A stretch of DNA of 64,000 nt from Coprothermobacterota bacterium (GTDB lineage: Bacteria > Coprothermobacterota > HKB111), in contig JBBIUB010000001.1 of NCBI GenBank assembly GCA_037440465.1, forward strand, positions 1 to 64,000, read 5' to 3'. Positions 30,235 through 40,364 of this stretch are shown here, one piece after another (the first letter of the stretch is position 1; every line of letters starts with the position of its first letter). A program made the translations under genes and the position numbers. The notes beneath the pieces were generated by a model. The model was given only the letters and a program-made list of their open reading frames with translations, had not been told where the DNA came from and made no database searches.

Positions 30235-31431
30235 TTATCCTACTTTTATTAAGGACTGCAAGTGTTCGCTCAACCTAAAAGTTAATATTTCTCTATCAAA
30301 ACAGTCTCTTCTGAAATCCTGGTTCACATCAACGTGCATAGAAGAATTATATATTTTTACAAGCTCCTTTAAAATCTCTTCTTTTTTGTTATTATAGATA
30401 ATGATGCTATTTCTATAATCTTTTAGTACCCTGTCAATAAAACCACCGACTGGTGCTAATGCCAGGATAAATTTATTGAGAAATATATAATCAAATATCT
30501 TCGTTGTTGGTTCATATATATGCTCTCCAGCTATAACAAGTCCAACTTTACCACCCTTAATATACTGTAGAGCCTCGTGGTATGGCTTATAACCAACGAG
30601 ATAACAATATGACCCGAGTGAATAAGATTCAATCATATTTACTATTAATTCTTCAGGATGGCCAACCCAGACAAATTTCATGTCTTCTGGTGAGAGAGAA
30701 TGATTCATTATAAACTGTTTAAAAGCCTTAAAAAAAGGTTTAGGGTTTCTGAAACTATCAAACTTACCGGTATATACTATATCAAAATTAGAAAAACTAA
30801 TCCCTTCTCCGGCAGCTTCCAGGTCTTCCCTATCAAAGCCATTAGGTATAGTTATAAATTTCTCTTTACTATAATTACCATACCTCTCCTGATACATATT
30901 TGTAGCTTCATCAGTAACATTTATTATCAAATCAGCATTCTTGATTAGTAGAGGTTCAAGAAGAGATTCAAGGATTCTTGCTCCTTGTGAAAAAAGTGTT
31001 TTTTTTGTCTTTCTATATGGATTTAAAGACCAAGGATCTCTGAAATCTAAAACATATGGTAGTTTATAAAATTTCTTAAGAAAATAGGCAGAAACCCAAT
31101 GATAGAATGGTCCACCATTAAAATAAACAACTTGTGGCTTGAAAGATTTTATCTCCTTCAAAAGATGTAGCCAGAGTATTGGTAGCCAGTATAAACCCTC
31201 TTCATAGACAGCGGGAATAAATCTTCTTAATCTTTTTGTTTTAACAATATCTAAATGTTCGACTTCTTTCAAAAGTGAATTATTCTTAAAATTCCTGAAT
31301 TTATCTTCTACAGTCAGTACTTTGACAACCCAATTCAATCTCGAAAGGTACTTTGCAAACTTAGCTACTCTTATGGCTCCCACAACTCCATCTGGGGGAA
31401 AGTGATATGCTACAACTAATATTTTTCTCAC
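30235..31431 (-). CDS. Glycosyltransferase family 4-like
   Basis: YHFPP..GAIR, DFRDPW, IPNGFD, YTG, TKIFDY. Confidence 0.85.
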   Translation of the reverse strand: MRKILVVAYHFPPDGVVGAIRVAKFAKYLSRLNWVVKVLTVEDKFRNFKNNSLLKEVEHLDIVKTKRLRRFIPAVYEEGLYWLPILWLHLLKEIKSFKPQVVYFNGGPFYHWVSAYFLKKFYKLPYVLDFRDPWSLNPYRKTKKTLFSQGARILESLLEPLLIKNADLIINVTDEATNMYQERYGNYSKEKFITIPNGFDREDLEAAGEGISFSNFDIVYTGKFDSFRNPKPFFKAFKQFIMNHSLSPEDMKFVWVGHPEELIVNMIESYSLGSYCYLVGYKPYHEALQYIKGGKVGLVIAGEHIYEPTTKIFDYIFLNKFILALAPVGGFIDRVLKDYRNSIIIYNNKKEEILKELVKIYNSSMHVDVNQDFRRDCFDREILTFRLSEHLQSLIKVG

Positions 31432-33041
31432 ATTTCCTCACCAAGATATACGAGCGCTGCTGCTAACATGGAAAAATACACGACCATTCCCGGGGCATCC
31501 CAGAGATTTTCAACGCCATTATGAAGGAAAAAGGCTATCATAGAAATTAAACCTCCAAGTGTTAGGAATCTTAGAGATAAGAGCTTATTTTTATCAAGAA
31601 GAACCCAAAGACCATACCGAAAGAGAATAAGAAATAAAAGTAAAAAGGATATCCCTCCAATTAAACCTACTTCCGCGAACATTTTTAGAAGATAACTATC
31701 TACAGATATTCCCTGAAAAAATCCATGCTTTATAGCAGGTCCACCACCAAAAGTTCCAGGTCCACTACCCAACCAAAGATTTTCTTTTATATGATCTAGA
31801 GCCATTAACCAACGAGAAAGCCTCCCTCCTGCAGTAAGACTTTTACTTATATATTCGGGAGAAAAAAGAAATAAGATTCTATGAGCCAATGTAGGTGCAA
31901 CTAAATATGATATTCCACTGCCAAAAAGAAAAATTATAAGAATAAGTGGACCAGATAAAACAGCCAGGAAAGCTACTGCTGCCCCCAAAGCTAAAAAAGC
32001 TCCCCTGGCAAAGGTTAGGGCTATAGATACAGAATTAATCAGAAGGACAAGTCCCCATAATACCCTTTTACTCCATTGTTTTGATGCCAGTAGCAAGCTA
32101 ATTGAAGTACCAATACCGAATAAAAGATAACCAGCTAGAAAGTTAGGGCTTCCAATAATAGAGAAAGCCCTGGTTCTAATAATAAGCGCTTCATAATCAA
32201 CATCTACCCATCCGACGGGCATGTCAAATCCAAGAACATATTGAAAAATACCTATAACTCCCAAAAACAAGCAGCTAACAGCAATGAAAGAAAAGACTTT
32301 TTCTGGTTTTTTGTCGATTTTTAGGAAAATGTAAATTACAAAGAAAATTAAGGTAGGTAAAGTTATACTTCTTAACCCTTCTATATTGATAAATAGAGGG
32401 TAAGGAGATAAAAAGGCGCTTAAAATGATTAAATAGTAAAACAATAACAAATAAAAACCATAGGCTGGAAACTTTACCTTATACTTAATACCTAAAATAA
32501 AAGTGAGGGATAGGAAAATTAATAGAAATATTTCATCCCAGTATCCTCTTAATGAAGTAAAACGTCTAAAAAATAAGTCAAAGAAGGGAAAGAAAGCCCA
32601 AAAAGGTACAGCAATATTCCTCATTAATTCTGTCCACCAATTTTGAAGGGTATTAATAATAACACTGTTTTTTATAGGAGATAATTCATAAAAAATATAT
32701 ATTAAGAAGAAAAATAAAGAAATACCAAAAATCACAAAGAAAGTAGCAAGTGATACACCCCAGTACTTTAATATTATTATGTTGCCAATAATTAAAATAA
32801 ACGCAATTATTAATGATAAATCTCTAAAAGATAATTGTACGAAATACTCATATCCTTTTAAAACCAGGGAATATATTAAAGAAGATTCTAAATATCTATT
32901 AAGTTTTGAATAATAATATTTTGATGAAGAATTATCAATAATCTCAACGAAAGGGACCTTTGGTTTTTTTCTAAACCAGTTGAGGATAATACTTCCTTTA
33001 AAAAGTTGAATAAAAAAGCTATCTCCTGAAAATATACTCAT
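31428..33041 (-). CDS. O-antigen ligase / Wzy-like polymerase family membrane protein
   Basis: Many TM segments; RAFSIIGSPNFLAGYL, TFARGA, WLGSGPGTF, EVGLIG. Confidence 0.8.
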   Translation of the reverse strand: MSIFSGDSFFIQLFKGSIILNWFRKKPKVPFVEIIDNSSSKYYYSKLNRYLESSLIYSLVLKGYEYFVQLSFRDLSLIIAFILIIGNIIILKYWGVSLATFFVIFGISLFFFLIYIFYELSPIKNSVIINTLQNWWTELMRNIAVPFWAFFPFFDLFFRRFTSLRGYWDEIFLLIFLSLTFILGIKYKVKFPAYGFYLLLFYYLIILSAFLSPYPLFINIEGLRSITLPTLIFFVIYIFLKIDKKPEKVFSFIAVSCLFLGVIGIFQYVLGFDMPVGWVDVDYEALIIRTRAFSIIGSPNFLAGYLLFGIGTSISLLLASKQWSKRVLWGLVLLINSVSIALTFARGAFLALGAAVAFLAVLSGPLILIIFLFGSGISYLVAPTLAHRILFLFSPEYISKSLTAGGRLSRWLMALDHIKENLWLGSGPGTFGGGPAIKHGFFQGISVDSYLLKMFAEVGLIGGISFLLLFLILFRYGLWVLLDKNKLLSLRFLTLGGLISMIAFFLHNGVENLWDAPGMVVYFSMLAAALVYLGEEM

Positions 33042-33903
33042 TTTTTATCCTGATTAACTCTGATTCATCAAGAACCCAATAATCAAGACCGCCGATATTC
33101 TGACCTCTGCCAGGAATTGTTTTGAATACCACATCTTCTAAAGTAATACTTCTCAATGATAAAGCAAGAGGAATAAGGTTTTTATTAGGAAGGTCTGTAC
33201 GAACATAATTGTAAAATATTCCACTCAATTGTCGTATTTGAAGTAACCTCTCAGGTTTTAAGAATTCTTTAATAAACGCTTTAAAGAATTCCTGTTGAAC
33301 TTTAATTCTGTCAATATCACCCGTAGGGTAATGCCTGAAACGCAAAACACCCAGCGATTGCTCTCCAGTTAAATTATAAGTTCCAGCTGGTACATATATA
33401 TGAGGTTCTGTCAGATTATCTCTAAGTTCCTGACTAACTGTAAAAGGTACTCCCCCTAACTCATCTACTAATAACTTAAAGGCTTCAAAGTTAATCTCAG
33501 CATAATAATCAACCTCCACATCAAGAAGTTTTCCAATTGTTTCTCTAAGAAGTGAGATTCCCCCATAAACTCTCGCATGATTTACTTTCTGAAAACCATA
33601 ATCAGGTATTTCTACTCTACTATCCCTTGGTATAGATATACCATAAGCTATATCTTCCTTTGTTTGAATGGAAACAAGAAGGATAATATCTGAGCGTGCT
33701 TTCTCTAAACCATTGTGACCATCTATGCCACTAACAAGAATGTTTAAAGCAGAAGGTATCCTGCCTTCCTCGCTAATAACTCCAAGAGATTTGAAGGATA
33801 AAGAAGAGAAAAATGAATAAAAACCCCAGGTTTCATAGATTAAAAGAGTCATGCTGCAAAAAAGAAGTACTATTATTATAAAACTACGATTTAATTTTAT
33901 CAT
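33019..33903 (-). CDS. LCP (LytR-CpsA-Psr) phosphotransferase
   Basis: RSDIIL, SIPRDS, KVNHA, LVDELGGV, RFRH..GDIDR..QQ. Confidence 0.92.
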   Translation of the reverse strand: MIKLNRSFIIIVLLFCSMTLLIYETWGFYSFFSSLSFKSLGVISEEGRIPSALNILVSGIDGHNGLEKARSDIILLVSIQTKEDIAYGISIPRDSRVEIPDYGFQKVNHARVYGGISLLRETIGKLLDVEVDYYAEINFEAFKLLVDELGGVPFTVSQELRDNLTEPHIYVPAGTYNLTGEQSLGVLRFRHYPTGDIDRIKVQQEFFKAFIKEFLKPERLLQIRQLSGIFYNYVRTDLPNKNLIPLALSLRSITLEDVVFKTIPGRGQNIGGLDYWVLDESELIRIKNEYIFRR

Positions 33904-35464
33904 TAGAAGATCTCCTGATTATATGAATATATTGCTTGAGAACATCAGATTTCAATAGATAATTAGCAAAAAGGTAAATTAATACTCCGACTACAATATT
34001 ACCTGATACTTCAATCAACCTAAGCCTTAAAGAAAAAGTTTCCAATTTAAAAGTAAGGTAAGGTGAAAGAAAGTATAATGATACTCCCATAAGTAAACTA
34101 CTGAATACAGTTTTAAGTAGTTCTTCCACTCTAATGCTCATACCAAGCCCTTTAAGTCTTGGCCTTAAAAAAACAACAAGAAGAATAAGAAGAAAGAATG
34201 CTCCCAATGATGAACCTAAAGCCAATCCAGATACTCCCCAGATTTTTGCAAAGAAATAATACATTATAGTCTGGACAAGTATGGTAATAACACCGAGAAA
34301 GGTTGGTATTTTTGGTTCCTGAAGGGAATAAAAAGCCCTAATAAAAATACTATTTACACCATGAGCCCAAACACCGAGACTATATACTTTTAATACAGAA
34401 GCTGTTACCAGGGCTGCTTCTCTGGTAAATTCTCCCCATTCAAAAAGGAGTCTAACTATAGGGTAACTTAATAGGAAGATTCCCACAGCAGCGGGGAGTA
34501 GGAAAAATGAAGTTGCAGAAACACCCCAGGAAAGGTTTTTTTTCAATGTTAAATAATCTTCCTCTGCTGCACTCTTTGAAAGTGTGGGTAAAAGAACTGT
34601 AGAGATAGCCAAACCAAAGAGCGCATAAGGAAGTTGTATAATGCGAGAAGCTACTCCCACAATTGTTATGGCACCTTCACCAATAAGTGAAGCAATTGCT
34701 TTTTCAATGATGGGATTAATTTGATATATTGCTAATCCAAGAAGAACTGGCATGCTCATTATAACAACTTTTTTTATGCCAGGATGCTTGAAGTTTATCC
34801 CACTTCTAAAATCGTGTCTAACTAAATGTAAGGTCCATCCCAGAATAAACCATGTTGTAAGACTTCCTATAACTAATCCCCAGGAAGTGCTAACTATCCC
34901 AATTAAAGAAGCTCCTATAAGTATTGTTAGTACTATACATCCATTAAATAACAACCCGGATAGTGAAGGTGCTCGGAAATCTCCTCTACAATGAAGAGTA
35001 GCCATAAAACCTCCAGCCCCTACTAAAGGGAGAATACCTATGGATGCTATCCTTAAAAGAGATATTGTCAACTCTTTTCCTTCAGCGGACATAAAGGGAG
35101 CAAGAATTAAAGTTAAAGTAGGAGCAAAAACAATTGAAAGAAAGGCGAGAATTCCTCCTATAATGAGAAGGCCAAGAAAAAAAGTATTAGATAGAATTTC
35201 AAAAATTTTTCCTTTTTCTCTTGATAGAACAGGTACAAAAGATGAGGTTACAATGCCTCCAGTAAGAAGAGCATAAAGGAGAAGGGGGAATGTAAGAGCT
35301 ACCATATATGCATCAGTAAAAATAGACTTGCCATAAAGACTGGTAACAAGTAAATCTCTGAAGTAACCCAAAACCCTACCAGCAATTATTCCAAGCATTA
35401 AGAAGGTACTATTTAATACCAGAGAATGGGAAATAACATCCATTTGTGGTGATTCTTGATTCAT
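33884..35464 (-). CDS. murJ: MurJ/MviN lipid-linked glycan flippase
   Basis: RVLGYFRD, FVPV, RIIQLP, LLPTLS, RAFYSLQ; about 14 TM segments. Confidence 0.9.
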   Translation of the reverse strand: MNQESPQMDVISHSLVLNSTFLMLGIIAGRVLGYFRDLLVTSLYGKSIFTDAYMVALTFPLLLYALLTGGIVTSSFVPVLSREKGKIFEILSNTFFLGLLIIGGILAFLSIVFAPTLTLILAPFMSAEGKELTISLLRIASIGILPLVGAGGFMATLHCRGDFRAPSLSGLLFNGCIVLTILIGASLIGIVSTSWGLVIGSLTTWFILGWTLHLVRHDFRSGINFKHPGIKKVVIMSMPVLLGLAIYQINPIIEKAIASLIGEGAITIVGVASRIIQLPYALFGLAISTVLLPTLSKSAAEEDYLTLKKNLSWGVSATSFFLLPAAVGIFLLSYPIVRLLFEWGEFTREAALVTASVLKVYSLGVWAHGVNSIFIRAFYSLQEPKIPTFLGVITILVQTIMYYFFAKIWGVSGLALGSSLGAFFLLILLVVFLRPRLKGLGMSIRVEELLKTVFSSLLMGVSLYFLSPYLTFKLETFSLRLRLIEVSGNIVVGVLIYLFANYLLKSDVLKQYIHIIRRSSNDKIKS

Positions 35465-35505
35465 TTATAACTGATTCCGGTAAGTTATTATCTTGTTTTT
35501 GGACA

Positions 35506-35961
35506 CTACTCGACTGGTTTTACAGATAATATAGTGACTTCTATTTTACCCTTATTGGTCTCTAAGGGTACTCTCGCCCCTGCTTTTATTGAATGGCGAT
35601 TGTATACTAAAACACCAGCTGGGATTGGAACAAGGATTTTTGATTTAAACCTGACGCTCTTCATTACAGGGTGTTTACTCCAGTGAATTTTTCCATCTGC
35701 TGCGAAGACAGTTAAGTAGCTATCTTCTAAAGATAGTTCTACGATCTCCATTACCGCCCTACCTGTAGAATCAATAATCTTGTCTCCAACATGAATACTT
35801 GAAGCTACTTCCGGGTGAAGGTGAAGAGAAAGTGATTCAACTAAATAAGGTTGAAACTGTAAAAGAGAAGATTCTTTCTTCATAAATTTCCAAGCACCAA
35901 GAGAAATAATTCCTATGATCACACAAATAATAATCAAGTCAAAAAGATTAAATTTCTTCAT
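35506..35961 (-). CDS. Membrane-anchored protein, DUF4330-like
   Basis: KFNLFDLIII anchor, I.VGD, ADG..HP pattern; start moved to ATG 35961 after GAGGAGG. Confidence 0.55.
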   Translation of the reverse strand: MKKFNLFDLIIICVIIGIISLGAWKFMKKESSLLQFQPYLVESLSLHLHPEVASSIHVGDKIIDSTGRAVMEIVELSLEDSYLTVFAADGKIHWSKHPVMKSVRFKSKILVPIPAGVLVYNRHSIKAGARVPLETNKGKIEVTILSVKPVE

Positions 35962-37228
35962 TAGCCTTAACCTCCTCTTTTGAAGAAGAAATATCTGCAC
36001 CAAGGTTTTTTAGTTTGCCTATCATGTTTTCATAACCTCTATGAATATGTTCAGTACCATATATTCGAGTTTCACCTTCAGCTGATAAACCAGCAAGAAC
36101 AAGAGCGCTACCTGCTCTTATGTCAGTCGCTTCTACATCAGCACTGAATAATTTATCTACTCCCTGAATAACTGCTTGTCTTCCTTCAACAGCTATCTGC
36201 GCACCCATCTTGTTTAATTCTCTAACATGTTGAAAACGACTCTCAAAAACTGTTTCTACAACTAACGAAGTTCCTTCGGAAACAGCAAGAAGAGTAGTCA
36301 TCTGGGGTTGAAGGTCAGTCGGAAAACCAGGGAAAGGTAAGGTTTTAATATTTGTTGCCATGGGTTTCTCTTTGGCAATTGCTCTGATGTGAGTACCATT
36401 CTGTATCATTACCTGTATTCCCATCTCCTTTAGCTTATATAGTAAAGGATTTAAAAATCTTGGGTCTACATCTTTGACAGTCACATCTCCTCTCGTTAAA
36501 ACTCCACCAATCAGAAAAGTCCCTGCTTCAAGTGGATCTGAAGGAAGGGGAAAGATAACAGGAGAAAGCTTTTCTACCCCTTTAATCCTTAAAGTATGAC
36601 TACCCAAACCCCAAATTTTTACACCACAAGTTTTAAGGAAATTACCAAGATCTACAACCTGGGGTTCTTGTGCAGCATTATCTATGACAACTTCTTTTGG
36701 TAAAAGAGACGCAAAAAGCATCAGGTTTTCAGTAGCTCCTACACTCGGGTAATCAAGGTAAACCCGGTTAGCCTTTTTAGCCATCACTTTAGCATGGATT
36801 AAACCAGATGAAAGGTCAAATTTAACGCCCAGAGCTTCTAAGCCTTTAATATGAAGATCTATGGGGCGTTGTCCAATATTACATCCACCAGGATAAGGTA
36901 AAAAAACCTCTCCTTCCCTTGCAAGCATCGCACCAAGAAGGAAAATGGAGCCTCTAATTGTAGAGAAAATAGGGTTAGATATCTCTTTCTTTAATCTTCC
37001 CGGAACTTTTATTTTTATCTGATGTTTTTCTGGTAATGCTTTTATCTTACAACCAAGTTCTTCTTGTAGCTTAAGCATAATCTGGGCATCTCCAACGTTT
37101 GGAGAATTGGTAAATACCCAGCTACCTTCAGACAATAGAGCTCCAGCTAATACTGGTAGAGCTGTATTTTTGGCCCCAGCTGGTTTCACAACTCCACTTA
37201 GCCTTGAACCTCCAATTATTTTAATCAT
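35948..37228 (-). CDS. murA: UDP-N-acetylglucosamine 1-carboxyvinyltransferase
   Basis: GAKN, PGGCNIGQRP (catalytic Cys), SVGATEN, PGFPTDLQ, FESRF; start moved to 37228. Confidence 0.96.
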   Translation of the reverse strand: MIKIIGGSRLSGVVKPAGAKNTALPVLAGALLSEGSWVFTNSPNVGDAQIMLKLQEELGCKIKALPEKHQIKIKVPGRLKKEISNPIFSTIRGSIFLLGAMLAREGEVFLPYPGGCNIGQRPIDLHIKGLEALGVKFDLSSGLIHAKVMAKKANRVYLDYPSVGATENLMLFASLLPKEVVIDNAAQEPQVVDLGNFLKTCGVKIWGLGSHTLRIKGVEKLSPVIFPLPSDPLEAGTFLIGGVLTRGDVTVKDVDPRFLNPLLYKLKEMGIQVMIQNGTHIRAIAKEKPMATNIKTLPFPGFPTDLQPQMTTLLAVSEGTSLVVETVFESRFQHVRELNKMGAQIAVEGRQAVIQGVDKLFSADVEATDIRAGSALVLAGLSAEGETRIYGTEHIHRGYENMIGKLKNLGADISSSKEEVKANEEI

Positions 37229-38366
37229 TATTGCAACCTCCTTTTTTAAATTCATCCGGTTTATGTGGAGAAAGCCCTAAGAACCATTTTATACCTTGAA
37301 TAACTCTTTGAGAAGCCATTCCATCACCAAAAGGATTATCCCCTATTCTTGCAAATTTATCAAAGGGAATATTCAAGATTTTGACTACATTATTATATAC
37401 ATCTTTTCTATTTAAGCCACTTATAAAAATAAAACCTGTTTCAACACCTTCTGGTCTCTCTGTAACCCTTCTCGTTAATACAAGGGGTTTTTTAAGATAG
37501 GTCACCTCCTCCTGAATTCCACCTGAATCTGTAATTATTAAGCGTGATTTTTGTATAAGTCGAACGAAATTCTCATAACTCTGTGGTGGTACCATCTTTA
37601 CCTTGGAACAGTCACTAAAAATTTCTTCAGCCACTTTTTTAACCTTTGGGTTTGGGTGAACTGGAAAGATTACTTTTATATATGGGAAACTATCAAGGAC
37701 ATCTTTTATACCAAGAAGAATTTCCTTCATAGGAGAACCCCAACTTTCCCTACGGTGAACTTCCAGAAGAATAAAATCATCAAATATTTCTTCTTTATCA
37801 ACTTTATCTTTAGTATTCTCAAGAATCCACTTCAAGGCATCTATAACAGTATTACCAGTAACTAATATAGATTCACCAGAAATACCTTCAGATAAGAGGT
37901 TTCTTTTAGCAATTGAAGTTGGTGCAAAGTGTAAATTTGTAAGAATACCTGTTAAAATCCTGTTAGCTTCCTCTGGGAAGGGTTCTCTAATAGAACCACT
38001 CCGTAAACCAGCTTCTATATGAGCTAAAGGAATGTTTCGATAAAATGATGTAAGAGCTCCTGCAAAGGCAGTTGTGGTATCTCCTTGCACTACAACCATA
38101 ACTGGCTTTTCATTTACCATTATACTATTTAAACCTTTAAGAGATTCTACAGTAATATCCATTAAATCCTGATTTTCCTTCATGATGTTAAGGTCTTGAT
38201 TTACTGAAATACTGAATGTAGATAGAACCTGGTCTAATAAATTCCGATGCTGTGCTGTTAGAACAACAACAGGTTCAAGGTCAGGATCTTTCTTCATTGC
38301 CATAATCACTGGAGCAAGTTTTATTGCTTCTGGTCTTGTCCCAAACACAAATAACACTTTAACCAT
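37221..38366 (-). CDS. wecB: UDP-N-acetylglucosamine 2-epimerase (non-hydrolysing)
   Basis: GTRPEAIKLAP, QGDTTT, HIEAGLRS, PFPEE, TDSGGIQEE, TERPE. Confidence 0.96.
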   Translation of the reverse strand: MVKVLFVFGTRPEAIKLAPVIMAMKKDPDLEPVVVLTAQHRNLLDQVLSTFSISVNQDLNIMKENQDLMDITVESLKGLNSIMVNEKPVMVVVQGDTTTAFAGALTSFYRNIPLAHIEAGLRSGSIREPFPEEANRILTGILTNLHFAPTSIAKRNLLSEGISGESILVTGNTVIDALKWILENTKDKVDKEEIFDDFILLEVHRRESWGSPMKEILLGIKDVLDSFPYIKVIFPVHPNPKVKKVAEEIFSDCSKVKMVPPQSYENFVRLIQKSRLIITDSGGIQEEVTYLKKPLVLTRRVTERPEGVETGFIFISGLNRKDVYNNVVKILNIPFDKFARIGDNPFGDGMASQRVIQGIKWFLGLSPHKPDEFKKGGCNND

Positions 38367-38368
38367 TT

Positions 38369-39316
38369 CTACCTAATACCTACATATACAGCCAGATAAG
38401 CCAGAGAAGCAGAAATAATATACAGAAATATAGTTACCTGTAATGGGCTAAATCCGAGAGAAAGTAAACGGTGATGAATATGTCCTTTATCAGCCTCAAA
38501 AACAGAAACTCCTTTTAATTTTCTTCTTATTATTGCATAAGCTACATCTAATATAGGAAGCGCAAGAATAATAAGAGATGCAGCTAATACTGTTATAGTA
38601 GTTCTTTTAAGGGCTCCAAGAATGCTGATAGCACTTAATAAATATCCAAGAGTCAAAGCACCACTATCCCCTAAGAATATACGTGCTTTGGGGAAATTAT
38701 ATATTAAAAAACCAAGCAGAGAACCTGCGATTATTATACTCAAATAAGCAACTTCCGTTATCCCTTTACTTCTGGCAATAGTATGAAAAGCAAAGCTCGA
38801 AATAATTACAACACCAGATGAAAGACCATCAAGACCATCTATAAAATTTATAGCATTTGATACCCCTACTACCCACAGAATAGTTAGAGGGTATTTAATT
38901 CCATCAAAAGCTAAATAACCCCAGGGAGTATTGACACCACGGATAAACACTCCACAAGCTACAAGTACTACGGCTCCTGCTATCTGTCCAATAAATTTAT
39001 GTCTCGCTCTTAGGTGATATTTATCATCCAAAACACCTGTGATCCAGAAAATCAATCCTCCAGTAATGATACCGACAATCTCTAAATCCCTGATACCAAA
39101 AATTATTAGAGTAATTATGGAAATTAAGGGGTATAAAAATAGACCTCCTGAACGAGGTAATGGTTTATTGTGGACTCTCCTTGGTGACGGAAGATCCATA
39201 AAACCCCATCGTCGTCCAAAATAAATAAAAATGGGTGTTAGTAAGATAGAAGCTAACAGTGCAATACAAAAATAGATTGAATAATTATTTAGTACCAAAT
39301 AATCTATCTCCAGCAT
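38369..39316 (-). CDS. tagO: Undecaprenyl-phosphate GlcNAc-1-phosphate transferase (TagO/WecA, MraY family)
   Basis: GVLDD, NAINFIDGLDGL, IFLGDSG, DKGHIHHRL; exact start uncertain. Confidence 0.92.
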   Translation of the reverse strand: MLEIDYLVLNNYSIYFCIALLASILLTPIFIYFGRRWGFMDLPSPRRVHNKPLPRSGGLFLYPLISIITLIIFGIRDLEIVGIITGGLIFWITGVLDDKYHLRARHKFIGQIAGAVVLVACGVFIRGVNTPWGYLAFDGIKYPLTILWVVGVSNAINFIDGLDGLSSGVVIISSFAFHTIARSKGITEVAYLSIIIAGSLLGFLIYNFPKARIFLGDSGALTLGYLLSAISILGALKRTTITVLAASLIILALPILDVAYAIIRRKLKGVSVFEADKGHIHHRLLSLGFSPLQVTIFLYIISASLAYLAVYVGIR

Positions 39317-39914
39317 CTCCTAAACCAGGAATAATATAACCCTTTTCGTTTAAACTATCATCAACTGCTGCAGTATAAATGTCCACTTGTGGATGGGTTT
39401 CTTGAAGATTTCTTATGCCCTCTGGAGCAGCGAGTATGCAAACAAAGCTGATCTTAGCAGCTCCCCTTTGCTTTAGTAGGTTTATGGTTTCGACTGCTGA
39501 ACCCCCAGTAGCAAGCATTGGATCAACCACTATGACATAAGTATCTTTGTTTAAATTCGGAGTTTTTATATAATAAGTTACTGGTTTCAAGGTTTCATGA
39601 TCACGATATATACCAACATGACCTACCTTAGCAGTGGGGAGAAGTTTTAAAATTCCTTCAGCTAAAACGGTACCAGCCCTTAATATTGGTACTACAACAA
39701 CCTCTTTGAAATTAACCTGGCTTCCTTTTGTTTTAGTAAGAGGTGTTTCTATGTCTATTTCCTGGGTTTTAAAGCCACGGCTAATCTCATAAGTAAGAAA
39801 CTGAGCAATTTCTGAAGTCAGTTCCCTGAATTCTTTCGGACCTGTATTTTTATCTCTTAGAATCGTTAACTTATGCTGAATAACCGGATGGTTATTGATA
39901 AAAACCCTTTTCAT
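39285..39914 (-). CDS. upp: Uracil phosphoribosyltransferase
   Basis: VPILRAG, VDPMLATGGS, YIIPGLGDAGDRLFGTK. Confidence 0.98.
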   Translation of the reverse strand: MKRVFINNHPVIQHKLTILRDKNTGPKEFRELTSEIAQFLTYEISRGFKTQEIDIETPLTKTKGSQVNFKEVVVVPILRAGTVLAEGILKLLPTAKVGHVGIYRDHETLKPVTYYIKTPNLNKDTYVIVVDPMLATGGSAVETINLLKQRGAAKISFVCILAAPEGIRNLQETHPQVDIYTAAVDDSLNEKGYIIPGLGDAGDRLFGTK

Positions 39915-40360
39915 TTAAAATTTTCCTCCTCAATCGTTTTAATTTTTGATAACCTAACTTCATGCCTACCTCCAGAATAAGAAGACTGTAACCATTCTCT
40001 TAAAGTAATAAGAGCCAGGTCTGGCCCAATAACCCCACCCCCAAAACAAATAATATTCGTATCATTATGCTCTTTAGATAGCCTGGCAGTAAAAGGTTCA
40101 TAAGCTACAAAAGCCCTTATGTTCTTAACTTTATTGGCAGTTATGCACATGCCAATGCCAGTCCAACAAATAAGAACTCCCCTATCTGCATCTCCATTTC
40201 CTACTGCTCGTGCTACAGTTAAAGCAAAATCTATATAATCAACAGTTTCGTCAGTATTGGTTCCATAATCTGTAACATCACAACCTTCACCCTCAAGAAA
40301 GGCTTTTATTCTCTCTTTAAGATAAACACCCCTGTGATCTGAACCTAAAGCAATCTTCAC
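39911..40360 (-). CDS. rpiB: Ribose 5-phosphate isomerase B
   Basis: GSDHRG, C.TGIG, ANKV, EHND.N, GGRH. Confidence 0.93.
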   Translation of the reverse strand: MKIALGSDHRGVYLKERIKAFLEGEGCDVTDYGTNTDETVDYIDFALTVARAVGNGDADRGVLICWTGIGMCITANKVKNIRAFVAYEPFTARLSKEHNDTNIICFGGGVIGPDLALITLREWLQSSYSGGRHEVRLSKIKTIEEENFK

Positions 40361-40364
40361 GAAA

